In this document: positions 1 to 12,158 of the stretch, in pieces
Position numbering within the stretch: the first letter of the stretch is position 1
How the letters are laid out: every line of letters starts with the position of its first letter
Assembly: GCA_964016885.1 (NCBI GenBank)
Contig: OZ024741.1
Coordinates: 346,456,001 to 346,520,000 of the forward strand
Origin: Eledone cirrhosa
Lineage: Eukaryota
DNA length: 64,000 nt
Direction: 5' to 3'
Notes under the pieces: generated by a model
The model's database searches: none
What the model was told of the DNA's origin: nothing
Seen by the model: the letters and a program-made list of their open reading frames with translations, nothing else
Translations under genes and position numbers: made by a program

Positions 1-10
1 TTAGCGAGCT

Positions 11-246
11 CTAGACCGACCAGATCAACGAAACAATTGTCAGCAATGTGAATAAAGCCCCTACTGTACAGCCAACCATGTTACTCTTATTTCTAGAATT
101 ATTATTACTCCAAGTATAACCTACATAGAAATCACCGCGAACTCGCTGCATCACTATGGAAGCGTCTTGTTGAGTCAAACTTAGCCATACGTTAAAACCA
201 TCCACAACACGGAATACTCTAACAGGACTACCTCTAAGTGGATTAC
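11..246 (-). other. Candidate host terminal coding exon with hydrophobic C-terminus
   Basis: Frame is open from 262 to the stop at 11 (NPLRGSPVRVFRVVDGFNVWLSL...VGCTVGALFTLLTIVSLIWSV*). Possible acceptor ttgtag at 247-252. Non-repetitive sequence, but no recognised homolog. Confidence 0.25.
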
Positions 247-289
247 CTACAACGATAACTTGTTATCCCGTATATATATATATATATAT

Positions 290-870
290 CCTCAGTGTAT
301 ACTGATTAATGTTCAGAGCCATCCTCAGCATTCTCGTGTTGCACCCATCCACCATCTGAGTGAGTTTCTTGGTCAGTGTCCAAGTCTCAGACCCATACAG
401 CAGCACGGACTCCACTACAGCAATGAAGAGGCGGATTTTCAGGTCTCTACGAAGGTCCGACTTCCACACCGAACTGAAGCTGTGGCACGCCACCCACCCA
501 GGCCTTGCTCTTCCTCTTAACAACATCATCTTCCGTATTCCCAATCTTTGCTCCCAAATACAGGAAGTCCACAACCAATTCTAGCGGCTTCCCGCCTACA
601 TTAGTGATCCCTTCTGGCTTCTCAACATTCTCTACAAGATATTTTGTTTTAGACTCATTTATTCTCAGCCCCACACTCATCGACACAGTCTCAACCTCCC
701 GCATCAAATCCTACATGGACACACTAGAAGAAGAAGAACAAGGTTAACGTATGTTGATGCCCTAAGGACTGACACTGGTCTGTTGGAGACGCAGGACATG
801 GTAGCGATAATGAGGGACAGAGACCGCTGGAGAGAACTCGTCCATGGATCTCAGGAATTTTACCCGCCTT

Positions 871-872
<2 letters not shown>
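290..872. mobile_element. RTE-clade LINE 3' fragment with 5' inversion
   Basis: Minus 707->290 reads LRINESKTKY...FLYLG...VESVLLYGSETWTLTKK...RMLRMALNI (frameshift near 497). Plus 711-872 reads LHGHTRRRRTRLTYVDALRTDTGL...MRDRDRWRELV...*. Both are RTE RT C-terminal motifs. (TA)n on both sides. Confidence 0.85.
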
Positions 873-936
<64 letters not shown>

Positions 937-940
<4 letters not shown>

Positions 941-1870
941 AAGATGAATATAAAATGAAAGTGCTTTTTTTAAAAAGGAATTTATTAGGTATTGACATAT
1001 GTTTCTGTAACAGACGGAATACCTATGTATCGCTGCTTGCGTAATCACATAATGTTAGCAAGTATTCGATAGCAAATGTATAATCAGTTGTCACATCTTC
1101 AGAGATTTTGGAGAAATTGGATAAAATCAGAAAAATTGAAGTATTTATATTAGTAATAGAGGAAGAAGAGAGGGGATAGTATATGACAGATGGTAATTCA
1201 ATTTACTGCTAATCAAGTATATAAAGGGTTTCTAATGAGAATACCATGAGTAGATGGTTTATTTTATCTAAATAAGAATTTTTGGGAGTGCCATTTTTAA
1301 TCTCTACTTGACCAATTGGACAGTGGACAGGGCTGGTCATTTGGTGTAGTAGTATTAATTATAAAGTGTCAATTGGGGAAAGGGGGAGATTTCGATTGCT
1401 ACTGAATAACATCAATGCTAGTAGCCAGCTGGTATATGCATTAGGGAATTGAATTAAGAAATCAGAAATCTCATTTTATCTATAGCAGTTTATATTAAAT
1501 GGTAAATAATAGAAGAGTTGATAGAATTAAGACTAATAGAGAATGTTAATATCTATTTTGACAATCAAACGGAGATAGAGACAGGCGTTCAATCCTGGTA
1601 GTATTTATAATATGAAAATGTATATTTTAAGTCATGGTTACAGTATAACGATCGCTCTATTCTGTTATTTAATAAAATGTTTTTGGATTTCATAATAATT
1701 CCATATTACATAATTTACAAAATTCCTGTCCGTGGGTATATGGTGGGGCAGCTGCTATTATATCCCATTTTAGGTGAAATTGTTGGTTATTTTCACGCAG
1801 CTGCCAAGCCTTGTCTGCGAGTGTTGTTACATAACGCTGGTTTTCATGTTTTATCGAGTAACATTATTGA
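937..1870 (-). mobile_element. 5'-truncated Penelope-like element (Hydra-like GIY-YIG C-terminus plus 3' pLTR)
   Basis: Minus 1860->1610 translates VTTLADKAWQLRENNQQFHLKWDII...FCKLCN...LLNNRIERSLYCNH, closely matching the ORF at 30831-31754. It ends at the (TA)n at 873-936. Confidence 0.8.
990..1106 (-). ncRNA. Hammerhead-like motif with very long stem II
   Basis: Reverse complement reads CTGAAGA-tgtgaca-(76 nt)-tgttaca-GAAA-catatg-TC. Stem I pairing is poor. Confidence 0.55.
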
Positions 1871-1885
1871 TAACCTGAAATTTTT

Positions 1886-2351
1886 ACGTACATACATATA
1901 TGTATACAGACGTACAGTAGTATGTATATATATATATATACATACATGCACACATATATATATGTACGTATGGATTATATATATACATATAGATATATAT
2001 ATATACATACTACTGTACGTCTGTATACATATATGTATGTACGTGTACATACTTATATTTAAGTAACAGCCGTACTAAGGGTGGGAAATGAAATTTCGTT
2101 TCATTTTTTCCGTTTATATATATATATATATAAAAAATGAAACGAAATTTCATTTCCCACCCTTAGTACGGCTGTTACTTAAATATAAGTATATACACGT
2201 ACATACATATATGTATACAGACGTAAAGTAGTATGTATATATCTATATCTATATGTATATATATAATCCATACGTACATATATATATGTGTGCATGTATG
2301 TATATATATATACATACTACTGTATGTCTGTATACATATATGTATGTACGT
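1886..2351. repeat. Nested inverted repeat (fold-back) centred on a TA tract
   Basis: 1886-2109 is the reverse complement of about 2133-2351, and each arm has its own internal inverted repeat. Confidence 0.85.
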
Positions 2352-2358
2352 GTACATA

Positions 2359-2394
<36 letters not shown>

Positions 2395-2398
<4 letters not shown>

Positions 2399-2655
2399 AA
2401 AGTTCTATTTATATTGTTGGGAAACAACCAGCAAATATTTTTATAACTGATATAAAGCACTCAACAAATAATTGGAGTAAAAATACGATATTAACAAATG
2501 GAAACTATATTTATAAAACCATATTTATTTCATTATACATATTTCAAGGACACCAAGTTAAATTATGGTGTGCTTTCATCAGATACAATATAATATAGAG
2601 CAGTTTTATAAATAAATATTGACATACCCTTAAAGAATGAAACCATTACTGTTGC
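2395..2655 (-). mobile_element. Solo PLE pLTR with hammerhead (HHR at 2527-2590)
   Basis: Reverse complement reads attgtat-CTGATGA-aagcacacca...tggtgtcctt-GAAA-tatgta-TA-atgaaat. Flanked by (TA)n. Homologous to 28262 and 62765. Confidence 0.75.
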
Positions 2656-2673
2656 ATATATATACATATATAT

Positions 2674-2780
<107 letters not shown>

Positions 2781-2989
2781 TATATGAATATATATATATA
2801 AATATACATGAGGCTGAGTGAAACAGGTAACAATTTGTTATATTATATAAAACATAAGTAACACAATCAAATATATCTTACATTAAGATATTGCAATACA
2901 TCACATGTTCGTATCCATATTTATCAATATATTTAATCACAACACCTCTTTTCATGGTAGCGTTCCTCCCACAAATCGATGCACAAAAT

Positions 2990-3095
2990 ATTTTCGCTGA
3001 GTTGGCCAGTCGCAGGTGTGAGCCTCGCGAGTTGGAATGGCTCTTCCAGCGCATCTCCCTTACCATCGTCCGGAGAAACGGAGTTCTCCATTCTG
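2990..3095 (+). mobile_element. CRE-like (restriction-like endonuclease) non-LTR retrotransposon C-terminal remnant
   Basis: ELASRRCEPRELEWLFQRISLTIVRRNG resembles the EPRExxxLxQRxSxAxQRGNA C-terminal motif. Confidence 0.5.
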
Positions 3096-3539
3096 TCCGC
3101 CGGGGCTGTGGTCAAGCCAAAACGTGGGACCCCATTTGCTCCCCATACAGAGAGATGGGAAGGGCGAGAGAGATTGAGGTGATGACAGTGGGAATTCGGC
3201 TCTTCCACGTTTGGCCCATATACTTGAAGTTGTGTTCGTCAAGCACTAGTGCACTAATGAAATATATGTAAAAGTAATTAACCACATGAACAAGAATAAC
3301 AATAGCAATATATATGAAGGGAGAGAAGCTGACAGAGTCTGTTTCACACTGTTGACAGACTCTGTCAGCTTCTTTCCCTTCCTTTGCCGAAAAATGATAG
3401 CGCAAGGTCTTCAAAATGTTTTTAATTAAACATACGGTATATTGCCAAATATACTATATATACATTCATGTATACATTGCTATTTCAGAGCAGCAATCCT
3501 AATATATATATACGCACGCACATAAATAGAGCATGTATC

Positions 3540-3760
3540 CCAGCTAATGTAGCCAGTTAACTACCGCAGTTTCCACGTTTTCATCATCAACAAACCGCTT
3601 GTGTCCCTTTCATTTAAACACAGAGATGGAATCCTGAGGATGCTAAGTCAAGTGAGTAGAGATGAAGCAAGAGATGTCCTACCGAAAGGAGTGACTGCCC
3701 CTCTTCTTCCATGGCTCAAGTAAGGCCTGGCGTTGTCGTGTTGAATAAGAATTTTATTTC
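3540..3760 (-). mobile_element. Mariner transposase remnant
   Basis: Minus strand carries, in order, KILIQHDNARPY, YSLDLASSGFHL (cf. YSPDLAPSDFHL) and KGHKRFVDDENVETAVVNWL. Confidence 0.8.
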
Positions 3761-4626
3761 CCTCCAAATTTGGTTTTATTCCTAAAACGTTTAGGATGCA
3801 TCCGGCTATCGGTTGACTCTTCTTGAAAATCGCCCCACAATCAGTTTTTTTGGACAGGAAGAGCAGTCATTTCCCTCACCTTGGTAGTTTTAGCGAAAAA
3901 GGTTGTTTGTTGGACGTTACTGGAAGGACTGACTTTCCTTTTCAGCCAAGGTAGGTGATGGTGGAAATTGGAAACATGGCTCCTCAGTATATTTGTTAAA
4001 ACCTGGGTCAGTATAGCCAAGATTGCACTAGTGAATACATCTAATCTGAGCATCCGACAGTAAGTTGAAGAATTTTACATAGAGGAGATCTTCCCAGGGC
4101 GCTCATGGCGATTAGGGTGGTTTCAGATCTCTAGGGTTTCTAAACTACTCCTGGGTGATGCTTTCCTATATTAGGGAATTCTGTTGTTATTTATTTATTA
4201 ATAAATGTTGTCATTTTCTTTTATTTATTGTGACGTAAATCGCCACTGCTCCTGTTTATTTGTATTGTGCTTTATTTTCCGACCCTAGTGCGTAATAAAG
4301 AAATAATAATTTAAAAACTGTTTATTATGCATGCTCACTGATTTGATGAGATTAGCTCCTTAAGTTTTGGGTATGTGCAGTTTTGTGTTTGGTGATGCTG
4401 TTTCTATTGTATTTAGAGTAGACTTGCTAAAATGTGTGCAGTGCCTAGTATTGCTATTTTATTTATAATATATATGATTGTCAGTCCTTGGGTTTGGGCC
4501 TTGTGTCTGTTCAAGTGCGTTTTTCTCAGAGACACCATTATAGATAATGTTTCTGCTTTCGTTATCCACATTATGGTAATTTTTAGTTTTAGATCTTTCT
4601 CCATTATTATTATTATTATTGGCCTG

Positions 4627-4805
4627 TGGATTGGCAGAATCGGTAGAGAGTCGGACGCCATGCTTTGCAGCATAGTTACGTCCCTTTACGGTCTGAGTTC
4701 AAATCCTGCCAAGGTTAACTTTGCCTTTCATCCTTACCGTGTCGATAAAATAAAGTACCTGTAATGTACTGGGTATTTGTGGGGCTTATGTCAAAAGTAG
4801 AAACA
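4627..4805 (+). mobile_element. tRNA-derived SINE with Nin-like central domain
   Basis: A box tggcagaatcgg, B box gagttcaaatcc, core ttgcctttcatccttaccgtgtcgataaaataaagtacc. 18-bp TSD atta(t/c)tattattggcctg at 4609-4626 and 4806-4823. Confidence 0.85.
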
Positions 4806-4979
4806 ATTACTATTATTGGCCTGATCGGACGTCTTTTGGCTCGCTCCTATAAGTTTCTTTATTTACCTGTCATAAATCATTTATTGTAAATTTTTCTTGT
4901 CGTGTAAGGGAGTTTGTCCAGTGAAGGGGAAAATATAATATTTGGGCTTTTTGGTCTAAATATAACTGCGACAACCAAA

Positions 4980-6770
4980 ATACAGACAACAGAAAAAAAT
5001 GACAACAAATGCAACAACGATATTAACACGACAAACAAGAAAATAAATAGCGACAACACCAACAGCAACAATACAAATAGCACTGAGAACAACAACGGCG
5101 TCACCAAAAACACAACCAATTACAACAGCGATAACAGCAACAACACCAACAACACCGTTTGTAGCAGTAGCAACAGCAACAGCACCAACAAGAAGAACAG
5201 TAGCAGTAGTAGCGGCGGCAACGATGATGCCACTGAAAAAGGGACCAACACTTTTGCAAAGCTAGCTCGCAACATAGAAACAGTCCTAGTCACAGAGGAG
5301 GAGATGGCGGTCGCAAGACACACGGTAACCATAACTGAAACTTCAGTGTCCTTGAAACCATCAATCGACTTCCTGGAGCAACAAGAGTGACACAGTGTCA
5401 TACTGTACAATTGCCACGAAATCGCGTCGCCTGGAGGCCCAAATCCAGAAGGCCTTAGGAACTGTGTGGGCACGGAAAACCCACATCACCCGAGGCAAGA
5501 TTTATGCTACTGTGGACGTCCTTTTTGCTACCACCCAGGAATCAAAATCGCACTCACGGAGGACCCTACGGAGTGATGACATAACACTAGTCCCGTTTTA
5601 GTGCGGGAAATAAATTGCGACGGTCAGGGTAACCCAGGTCCCGCACTACGTACCCGTGCCTTGGCTGGTTGTGCCTGTTCTTGCGGGCATCGAGGATAGA
5701 ACAACCATTCTGCAGGTACAGAAGTTGGGGAGATAGACTGGTCCGGTATTGGATTGGAGATGCTCATCCAAACTGACCAGGACTGCATCAGCGCTCTCTA
5801 CGACGTAATAGACCTTGGGAATGGCTCCCAACTTCCCATATCTGTGGGAGGAAGGCCCCCAAAGTGCTTCAACTGTGGATCGAAGTCTCATCTCAGGCCC
5901 TTCTGCCCACAGAAAATAACAAAGGCCAAGGTCCCCCTCCTTCCAACGCCGGAACCGCAGCCATCAGAAACAGAGCAGTCAGCGAGAAAGTGGGGAGCTT
6001 CTACAGAAAGTAGGAGGACAATGTCCGTGGCACCCACACCAAAGCCACAGACAACAAAAACAGCGCCGGCAACTGCAGCAACAGAAACAGTTGCACTAGC
6101 TGCAACTGTGCCAAGAACGACAGACCAGGGTCCACCACCACCACCAACAATAACAAAGACAAATGAAAGGGTAGAACTCCCTGACCTCTCACAGTCATGG
6201 TCATGGAGTATGGGGCGGCAGAGGATTGGAAAACGGTTGTAAAAAAAAACAAAAAACGCAAAAACACCACAAAATGAAGGCAAACAAAGAGGGCTAATGG
6301 CTGCAAGGAGACTTGCAGCAACACCAGCGCAATCACCATCACCACCACAAGTATCACCACCAACAACAACCACACCACCACCAGCATCACCAAAAACAGC
6401 AACATCGTAAATACAACAAAGCACACATACCAAACAGCAACAACAAGAAAACAGCAACAACCCCGCCCAACAAAAAAGTACACAGTCATAAACATCACAA
6501 ACAAAGGATTAATGGGGCATATAAAACAACACTCATACATTACAGACATAAATTACCACACACCACCAACACAAAGAACATTACCAAAAAATATTAACAT
6601 TGTCGAAATTAAACTCGAAGATTACAAACATTTAAACAAATTCCCCAACTGCGTTGGAGAATCCAGGGGGTCATTCTGCAAAAGAATCTATACAAATATC
6701 ATCCTGGAGACACCCATGACCAACCGAAGGGACGGTTCTATTGTCCCTTCCCCACACGATCAAGGTAAGT
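4980..6770 (+). pseudogene. LINE ORF1 (Asn/Thr-rich N-terminus, probable RRM region, zinc knuckle), disrupted
   Basis: GRPPKCFNCGSKSHLRPFCP near 5850-5910. Several stops and frameshifts; boundaries approximate. Confidence 0.7.
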
Positions 6771-6804
6771 GATCCTTTCTCACTTACCCCGTTCCTCACC
6801 CAGC

Positions 6805-9800
6805 ATGGCCGTACTCATAATAGACAGTGTAAATGTACGTGGCCTGGGATCAACTTGGAAGCAGGGTCACCTGCTCAACGACTTCAGGTCACTAAACATA
6901 GATGAGGTGGCCATCAGAGAGACCAGCATCTCCGAAGACCGAGCCTTCGCACTGATCTTCGGCGGCTACGAAGTATACGCATCTCCCAGCCGTCCAGGAT
7001 CGGGTGGAGGAGTTGCTGTGCTTTTTCGGAGAGGCTTGGATCTCGCCATACGAGTCATCTTCCAGGACCCAGAAAGTAAGTCGGTGGTGCTGGACGTGAC
7101 CGGTAGCGTAGGCAATGTTTCAGGCTAGTAGCCGTCTACGCCCCAACAGGGGCAGGACGGCCAGATTTCTTCAGACGTCTAGAGACCTTTCTTGGAACGT
7201 CCCGCTCTTTAGTGTTAGTGGGCGACTGGAACGGTATCTTAGATGCACGCTGGGATTATGTGGAGTTAGTAGACAGAGGAGGAGGAGGGTGTAAAAGCCT
7301 CAACAACCTGCTCAGACGTTTTGAACTGTCTGACTGGTATAGACTGGATTGTCCGAATGTGTCAATGTGGACATGGGCAAACCGCATCGGGTCATCCAGA
7401 TCGTATTTAGATAGGGTATTCTGTAAGGAAACAGAGAAGGCTCGTGTAGGTTGTCCACAGTCGACTACACGGACCACAAATTTGTGATCTGTGAAGTTGA
7501 CTTATATAGACTCCATAGGCAAGGGCTCGGTTACTGGAAGCCGAACGCGTCGTTCCCGACGCTCAAAGCTTACAGAGACCGGATTAGCGAATTAGTTAAG
7601 CGTGTGTTGACGGGTGCGATCGTCAACAACAGGTGATGGTTTACCCTGAAATCGGGCTATTAGAGTAGATTCGATAAGCTTTAGCAAAGGAGTAGTGATA
7701 GAGGAAAATAGAGTAGAGGGAGAGTTAGTTAGAAAGCTAGAAGAGGCATTTAGGACAGGCATCGCAACCGACGTGCTTGCGGCGAGATTGGCACCCGACC
7801 AATTCTTCAATGCAAAGCATGAGGCCGCGTTGTCAGAGCTAGAGCGCGTGCTCTAAGACATGAGGGGACGAAAGCCGTTCAATGGGCCCGTGTGGTGGAG
7901 GCGCAACGTGGCAACAGGTCCACAATTCTGTATTTGCCTGATCAAAACGAGCGCAGGTTGCTCGAGCCCGAGCAGATGTGTGCGGCTTTTCAACAGCACT
8001 CTGCTCAATTGTTCCGGAGCGGCTCCAGGATCGGAGTGTGGACTTCGGTGCATACCTCGACGGACTGCCGCAGCTCTCGACGGACTGCAGCGGCTCCCGA
8101 TGTGCGCAGCGCAGTGCTGCGAAAAGCCGATAACAGCAGGTGAAATACGGGAGGCGATGTCTGATTGCACGAGGGGTAAATGGCCAGGTTTGGATGGTGT
8201 GCCCTACGAGCTTATGCGTATATGCCAGACTTGTTAGGCGACCTATTGGTAGATTTATACTGCAACTGGCAGCAGAACAGGAGCATTCCCAGTTTTGTGA
8301 GCCGGGGAGCGACGGCGCTACTGAGAAAAGTCACGTTATAGGGGTCATTATAGACAATTTCAGGCCCATAACTCTGCTAAACGCAGAGTTCAAGATTTTG
8401 CCCAAGGGGGTATCAAAGAGATTGGCCCTTGTCGTCAGTGATCTGGTGGGAGAGGCACAGACAGGCGCCATTCCGGACAGATCCATCCACGACAACCTCC
8501 ATATCTTGCGATACATCATAGAGAAGGTGGTTAAGGGACCTGGCATGAATGGGGCCTTGATCAACTTGGATCACTCTAAAGCATTTGATAGCGTCTACCA
8601 TCGCTAACTGGCTGCGGTCATCGAGGTGGCAGGCTTCGGGCCCGGTTTTAGGAGTTGGACCGCTGCGATGCTCAGCGACATCAGCTCGATTGTGAGGGTG
8701 TATGGTCACCTTTTGCAGCCGTTCAGCATCATGCGCTCTGTCCGCCATGGTTGTCCCCTCTCGTCTCTTTTGTACGTACTGGCCCTCGAGCCATTACTGC
8801 ACAAATTGGAGAATATGAAGGGGTTCCCACGCGAACTGGGATGCGGCAGATCTATGTCAGCTTACGCCGACAAGGTCACCGTGTTGGTGTCGAGCACCAA
8901 ACACGTCCAGACGCTCGGCACCGCTCTCAAGAAATACGAAGTGACAGGAGCAAAGATAAACCAGGAAAAGTCGGTAGGCTTGCAACTTGGTGCCTGGATA
9001 GGCAAGTCCATGTCGCCTGACAGTGTCGTGGGGCGCTGGATGGAGGGACCGGTTAAATTGCTCGGGGTCTGGTTCGGTCCGGACCTCCAGATGGAGAAAG
9101 ACTGGCGCGAGGTGACAAGCAAGGTGGCTTCTATCACCCAGAAATGGGCCAAGAGGAGGCTGTCCTTGAAAGGTCAGGCGGAGGTGGTGAATGCGTTCAT
9201 CGCGTCCGTCATCTTCTACCGCCTGACCATCGTATCTTGCCCTCGGACTACTTTGAACAAATTGGAGTCCTTCTCTTCCGCTTTTTATGGAAGGGACGTG
9301 CTCCTCTGGTCAGACGATCCATCTGCTGTCAACACCCTTTGTGTGGAGGACTGGGCATGCCGTGGCTGATGAGGCGCAAACATGGGCTGAGGCTGCGACA
9401 TCTTTGGTGCTCCCTTGATGGTGAACAGGTGTGGTCACCGTTTGCCAGACACGCTTTTCCTCAGCTCGTCTCCTTGTCGGAGCTGCAGTCCTGGATCAGG
9501 AAAAGACCAAGGGTAGCGCTTGGAAGCTGGAATGTCTCCAAGCGCTCACCGCCCTCTACCAGCTGGGGACTGATATCAGTGGAACATCCACCTCAGAGGG
9601 GAAGAGCGACGACGTTCTCGGTGAGACCCTTGGTGTCGAAGACGATCAGCTGGTCGCTCTCTTCAAGAGAACTTTCAGCCCGGGACCTATGGACAACTTC
9701 CAGAAATCCCTGGCCTGGCAGTGCTACCGGGAAGCGTTGCCGGTTCGGGATAAGCTCTACAGGCACAGAGGTGCCCTCAGCCGAGCCTGTCCGAGATGCG

Positions 9801-10194
9801 CGCAGGGCGACGAAACCGTCCAGTACGCACTCGTTCAGTGCCCGAGTATTGTGGAGCTATGTCGAACAGCTGCTGTCGCGTGTAGGATGGATCCGGTTTC
9901 GACTGAGTCCATTGTGCAGATAGCCCCGCCATCCTTAAAGAGGAGGAAGGGCAGGCAGTTTTCATCTGCCTGGTGGCCATGGCGAAAGAGATTGTGTGCT
10001 GGAAAAGTTTGAAAGGGTTGAAGACGGACACCTTCCTCTCCGGCCAATCCCTGATTAACTTTTTCAAGTTTCACTTGAAGAGGAAAATCAGGGTGGAGAG
10101 GCAAGTACTGTCTTCTAGTAAGTTTGTTGAAAGGTGGGTGAAAGTGGCGAGTCTGGTCTCAGTGAACGGACCCGCTCTGAGTATATGCCTGTAG
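6805..10194 (+). pseudogene. LINE ORF2 (APE endonuclease, reverse transcriptase, C-terminal Cys domain), disrupted
   Basis: SVNVRGL, LVGDWNG, SYLDRVF, TDHK (APE); NFRPITLLN, LDHSKAFDSV, VRHGCPLS, AYADK (RT); CPRC near the C-terminus. Many frameshifts. Confidence 0.9.
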
Positions 10195-10477
10195 ACTGAG
10201 GAGTGGGAAAACTGAGAGAGGGCGCTTGCCCTAGTAGTCAGAGTGGCTGTGGTCTTTTGTGTGGTTTTCGCCACGAGTGACGCTCGGAGGTTTCCCCCTT
10301 TTTGGGAAACTTCTGATGTTTGAATGTTTTTCTTATTTCTATCTTCTTATAACCTTTTTACACGGCCAAAACCCACTTTGTATCGTCCTCTACCGTTCTG
10401 TGCCGTCTGTAATGTTTTCTTCATGTTAGCCCCTGTGGCCAATAAAGAAACCATTATTATTATTATTATTATTATTA

Positions 10478-10584
10478 TCAAATCCAGCCGAGGTTAACTT
10501 TGCCTTTCATCCTTACGGGGTCGATAAAATAAAGTACCAGTAATGTACTGCGTAATTGCTGGCCTCGTGCCAATAGTAGAAACA

Positions 10585-10585
<1 letters not shown>
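10478..10585 (+). mobile_element. 5'-truncated Nin-domain SINE in an (ATT)n tract
   Basis: tcaaatccagccgaggttaactttgcctttcatccttacggggtcgataaaataaagtacc...agaaacaattatt. Confidence 0.85.
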
Positions 10586-10623
<38 letters not shown>

Positions 10624-11899
10624 GTTGTTATTTATAGATTTCGAAATTAATTTGAATCGATAGAGGAGGTCATTGAGTAACCGGCGTTAAGTGGCAACAG
10701 GAATGGAACGGCGATTTCATACAAAAGAGAAGACAGGATAAAAAAAAGAAACATCCTAAAATAGCTGCAATATCATCATTGAAAGTTATAGTTAGCAGAT
10801 AATTAATTTTTTGTTGTAATGGTGGCTAATAAACGTTATTTTTAGAGGTAACGTGATGGTGAATGTGATGACCAGCTATTAATGTTTTTGTTGAGGTTTT
10901 TTATTTTGTTGTTATTTTTGTGTGTTGCTGCTTCTATTGTTGTTGCTGTTGGTGTTATATTTATTTCACTATACCTTCTGTTGCCGTTGCTAATGTATGT
11001 GCTATTTAGTCTTAAATCAGCAAATATTAAACTCACCAATGGTCCATAAGTAGTTGTGCCTGTGATCAGATGCGATTCACAGAACCACAGTCCCCATCCC
11101 ACTCAACTGCTGTAGTTCTCAAAGATAAAATTTACTCGTTCAACTCTTCAGTTAACTAAACTTCTATTGTCTTAAATTACTATCGTTTTCAGGATTAAGG
11201 GATTCAGTATATTCAACAATTAGTGGAGAGTGTAATTTCATGTAGATTTAATTGCTTTAAGAAATTTGCTATTACTAAAAACATGTACAAGCTAATTTTA
11301 TGACTTGTAAGTTCTTGCTTTCCTCAGATGCAGCAGACAAATTTTACAATTAGAAACTTCTTTAAAACCGAATTTAAATTGCATTACATTAAAACGTATT
11401 CAAACCGTTATTATAACACAATATCAATGGGCATGAAGACAAAGAGGAACTTGATACACTTCCTTCCTATTTTCCTGTGGTAAACATCATTACACCGTTT
11501 ACATTGTGGTTTTATAAAGGCCCAAAATAAACAAAAACCAAACAGACCTATGCAAAGTATGGATCTTCTGGTGATTATGCCATCTATTTAGTTATACGGT
11601 GTTTAGAAAAAAATACCTAGCCAAATGTGTAATTGTTATTGAAGTGTAGCAATATATCATGCCGGATATTAGAGTATTTGAAGGAAGGCTTTTAAGATAT
11701 GTTAATATCGTCCCCCTTTTGTAGAAATATTTACACTATACTATATTATTAACTGTGTTCAATGATAAATAGTAGGTCTTACATATTAATAATTTATAAT
11801 ATATGTTTTCTAGGACAGAACAAATTGTGTAAAAATTGTATTGATTCTTGCAGATTATACGACATCGTAAATGCTCACACGTTCGTTTGTTGAATATAA

Positions 11900-12030
11900 G
11901 TGATATTATATAGCACGAAGGCATTCCATCGATAATTCCTTTTCTTATTTATTTAAATATAAGGAAGCTATGGGAACTAAAATGGGAATTAACTATGCAA
12001 CCATGTTCGTGAGTTATAGGACCGAAATTA
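11900..12030 (+). mobile_element. Old PLE reverse transcriptase remnant
   Basis: AMGTKMGINYATMFV matches the PLE RT motif B' (AMGTKMAPxYANxFM). Confidence 0.55.
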
Positions 12031-12102
12031 TGCCAGCATGTACTGCTTCCCACGGTCACTCCACACACAATTCAGTAGCATAGGTACAAAAAGACGACAA
12101 AA

Positions 12103-12158
<56 letters not shown>

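Larger units (their letters stand above)
4818..10450 (+). mobile_element. Full-length decayed Tx1/L1-clade LINE
   Basis: ORF1 has a CCHC knuckle; ORF2 has APE and RT domains. 3' end aataaagaaa. TSD ccattattattattattatt at 4601-4620 and 10451-10470. Confidence 0.85.

Noticed and set aside
4627-4710. tRNA genes at SINE heads (also 36092 and 38674)
   Set aside because: A and B boxes are present but there is no complete cloverleaf, and each continues into a SINE body.
6313-6597. His/Gln-rich 94-aa ORF
   Set aside because: Alternative frame of the CA-rich low-complexity part of LINE ORF1.
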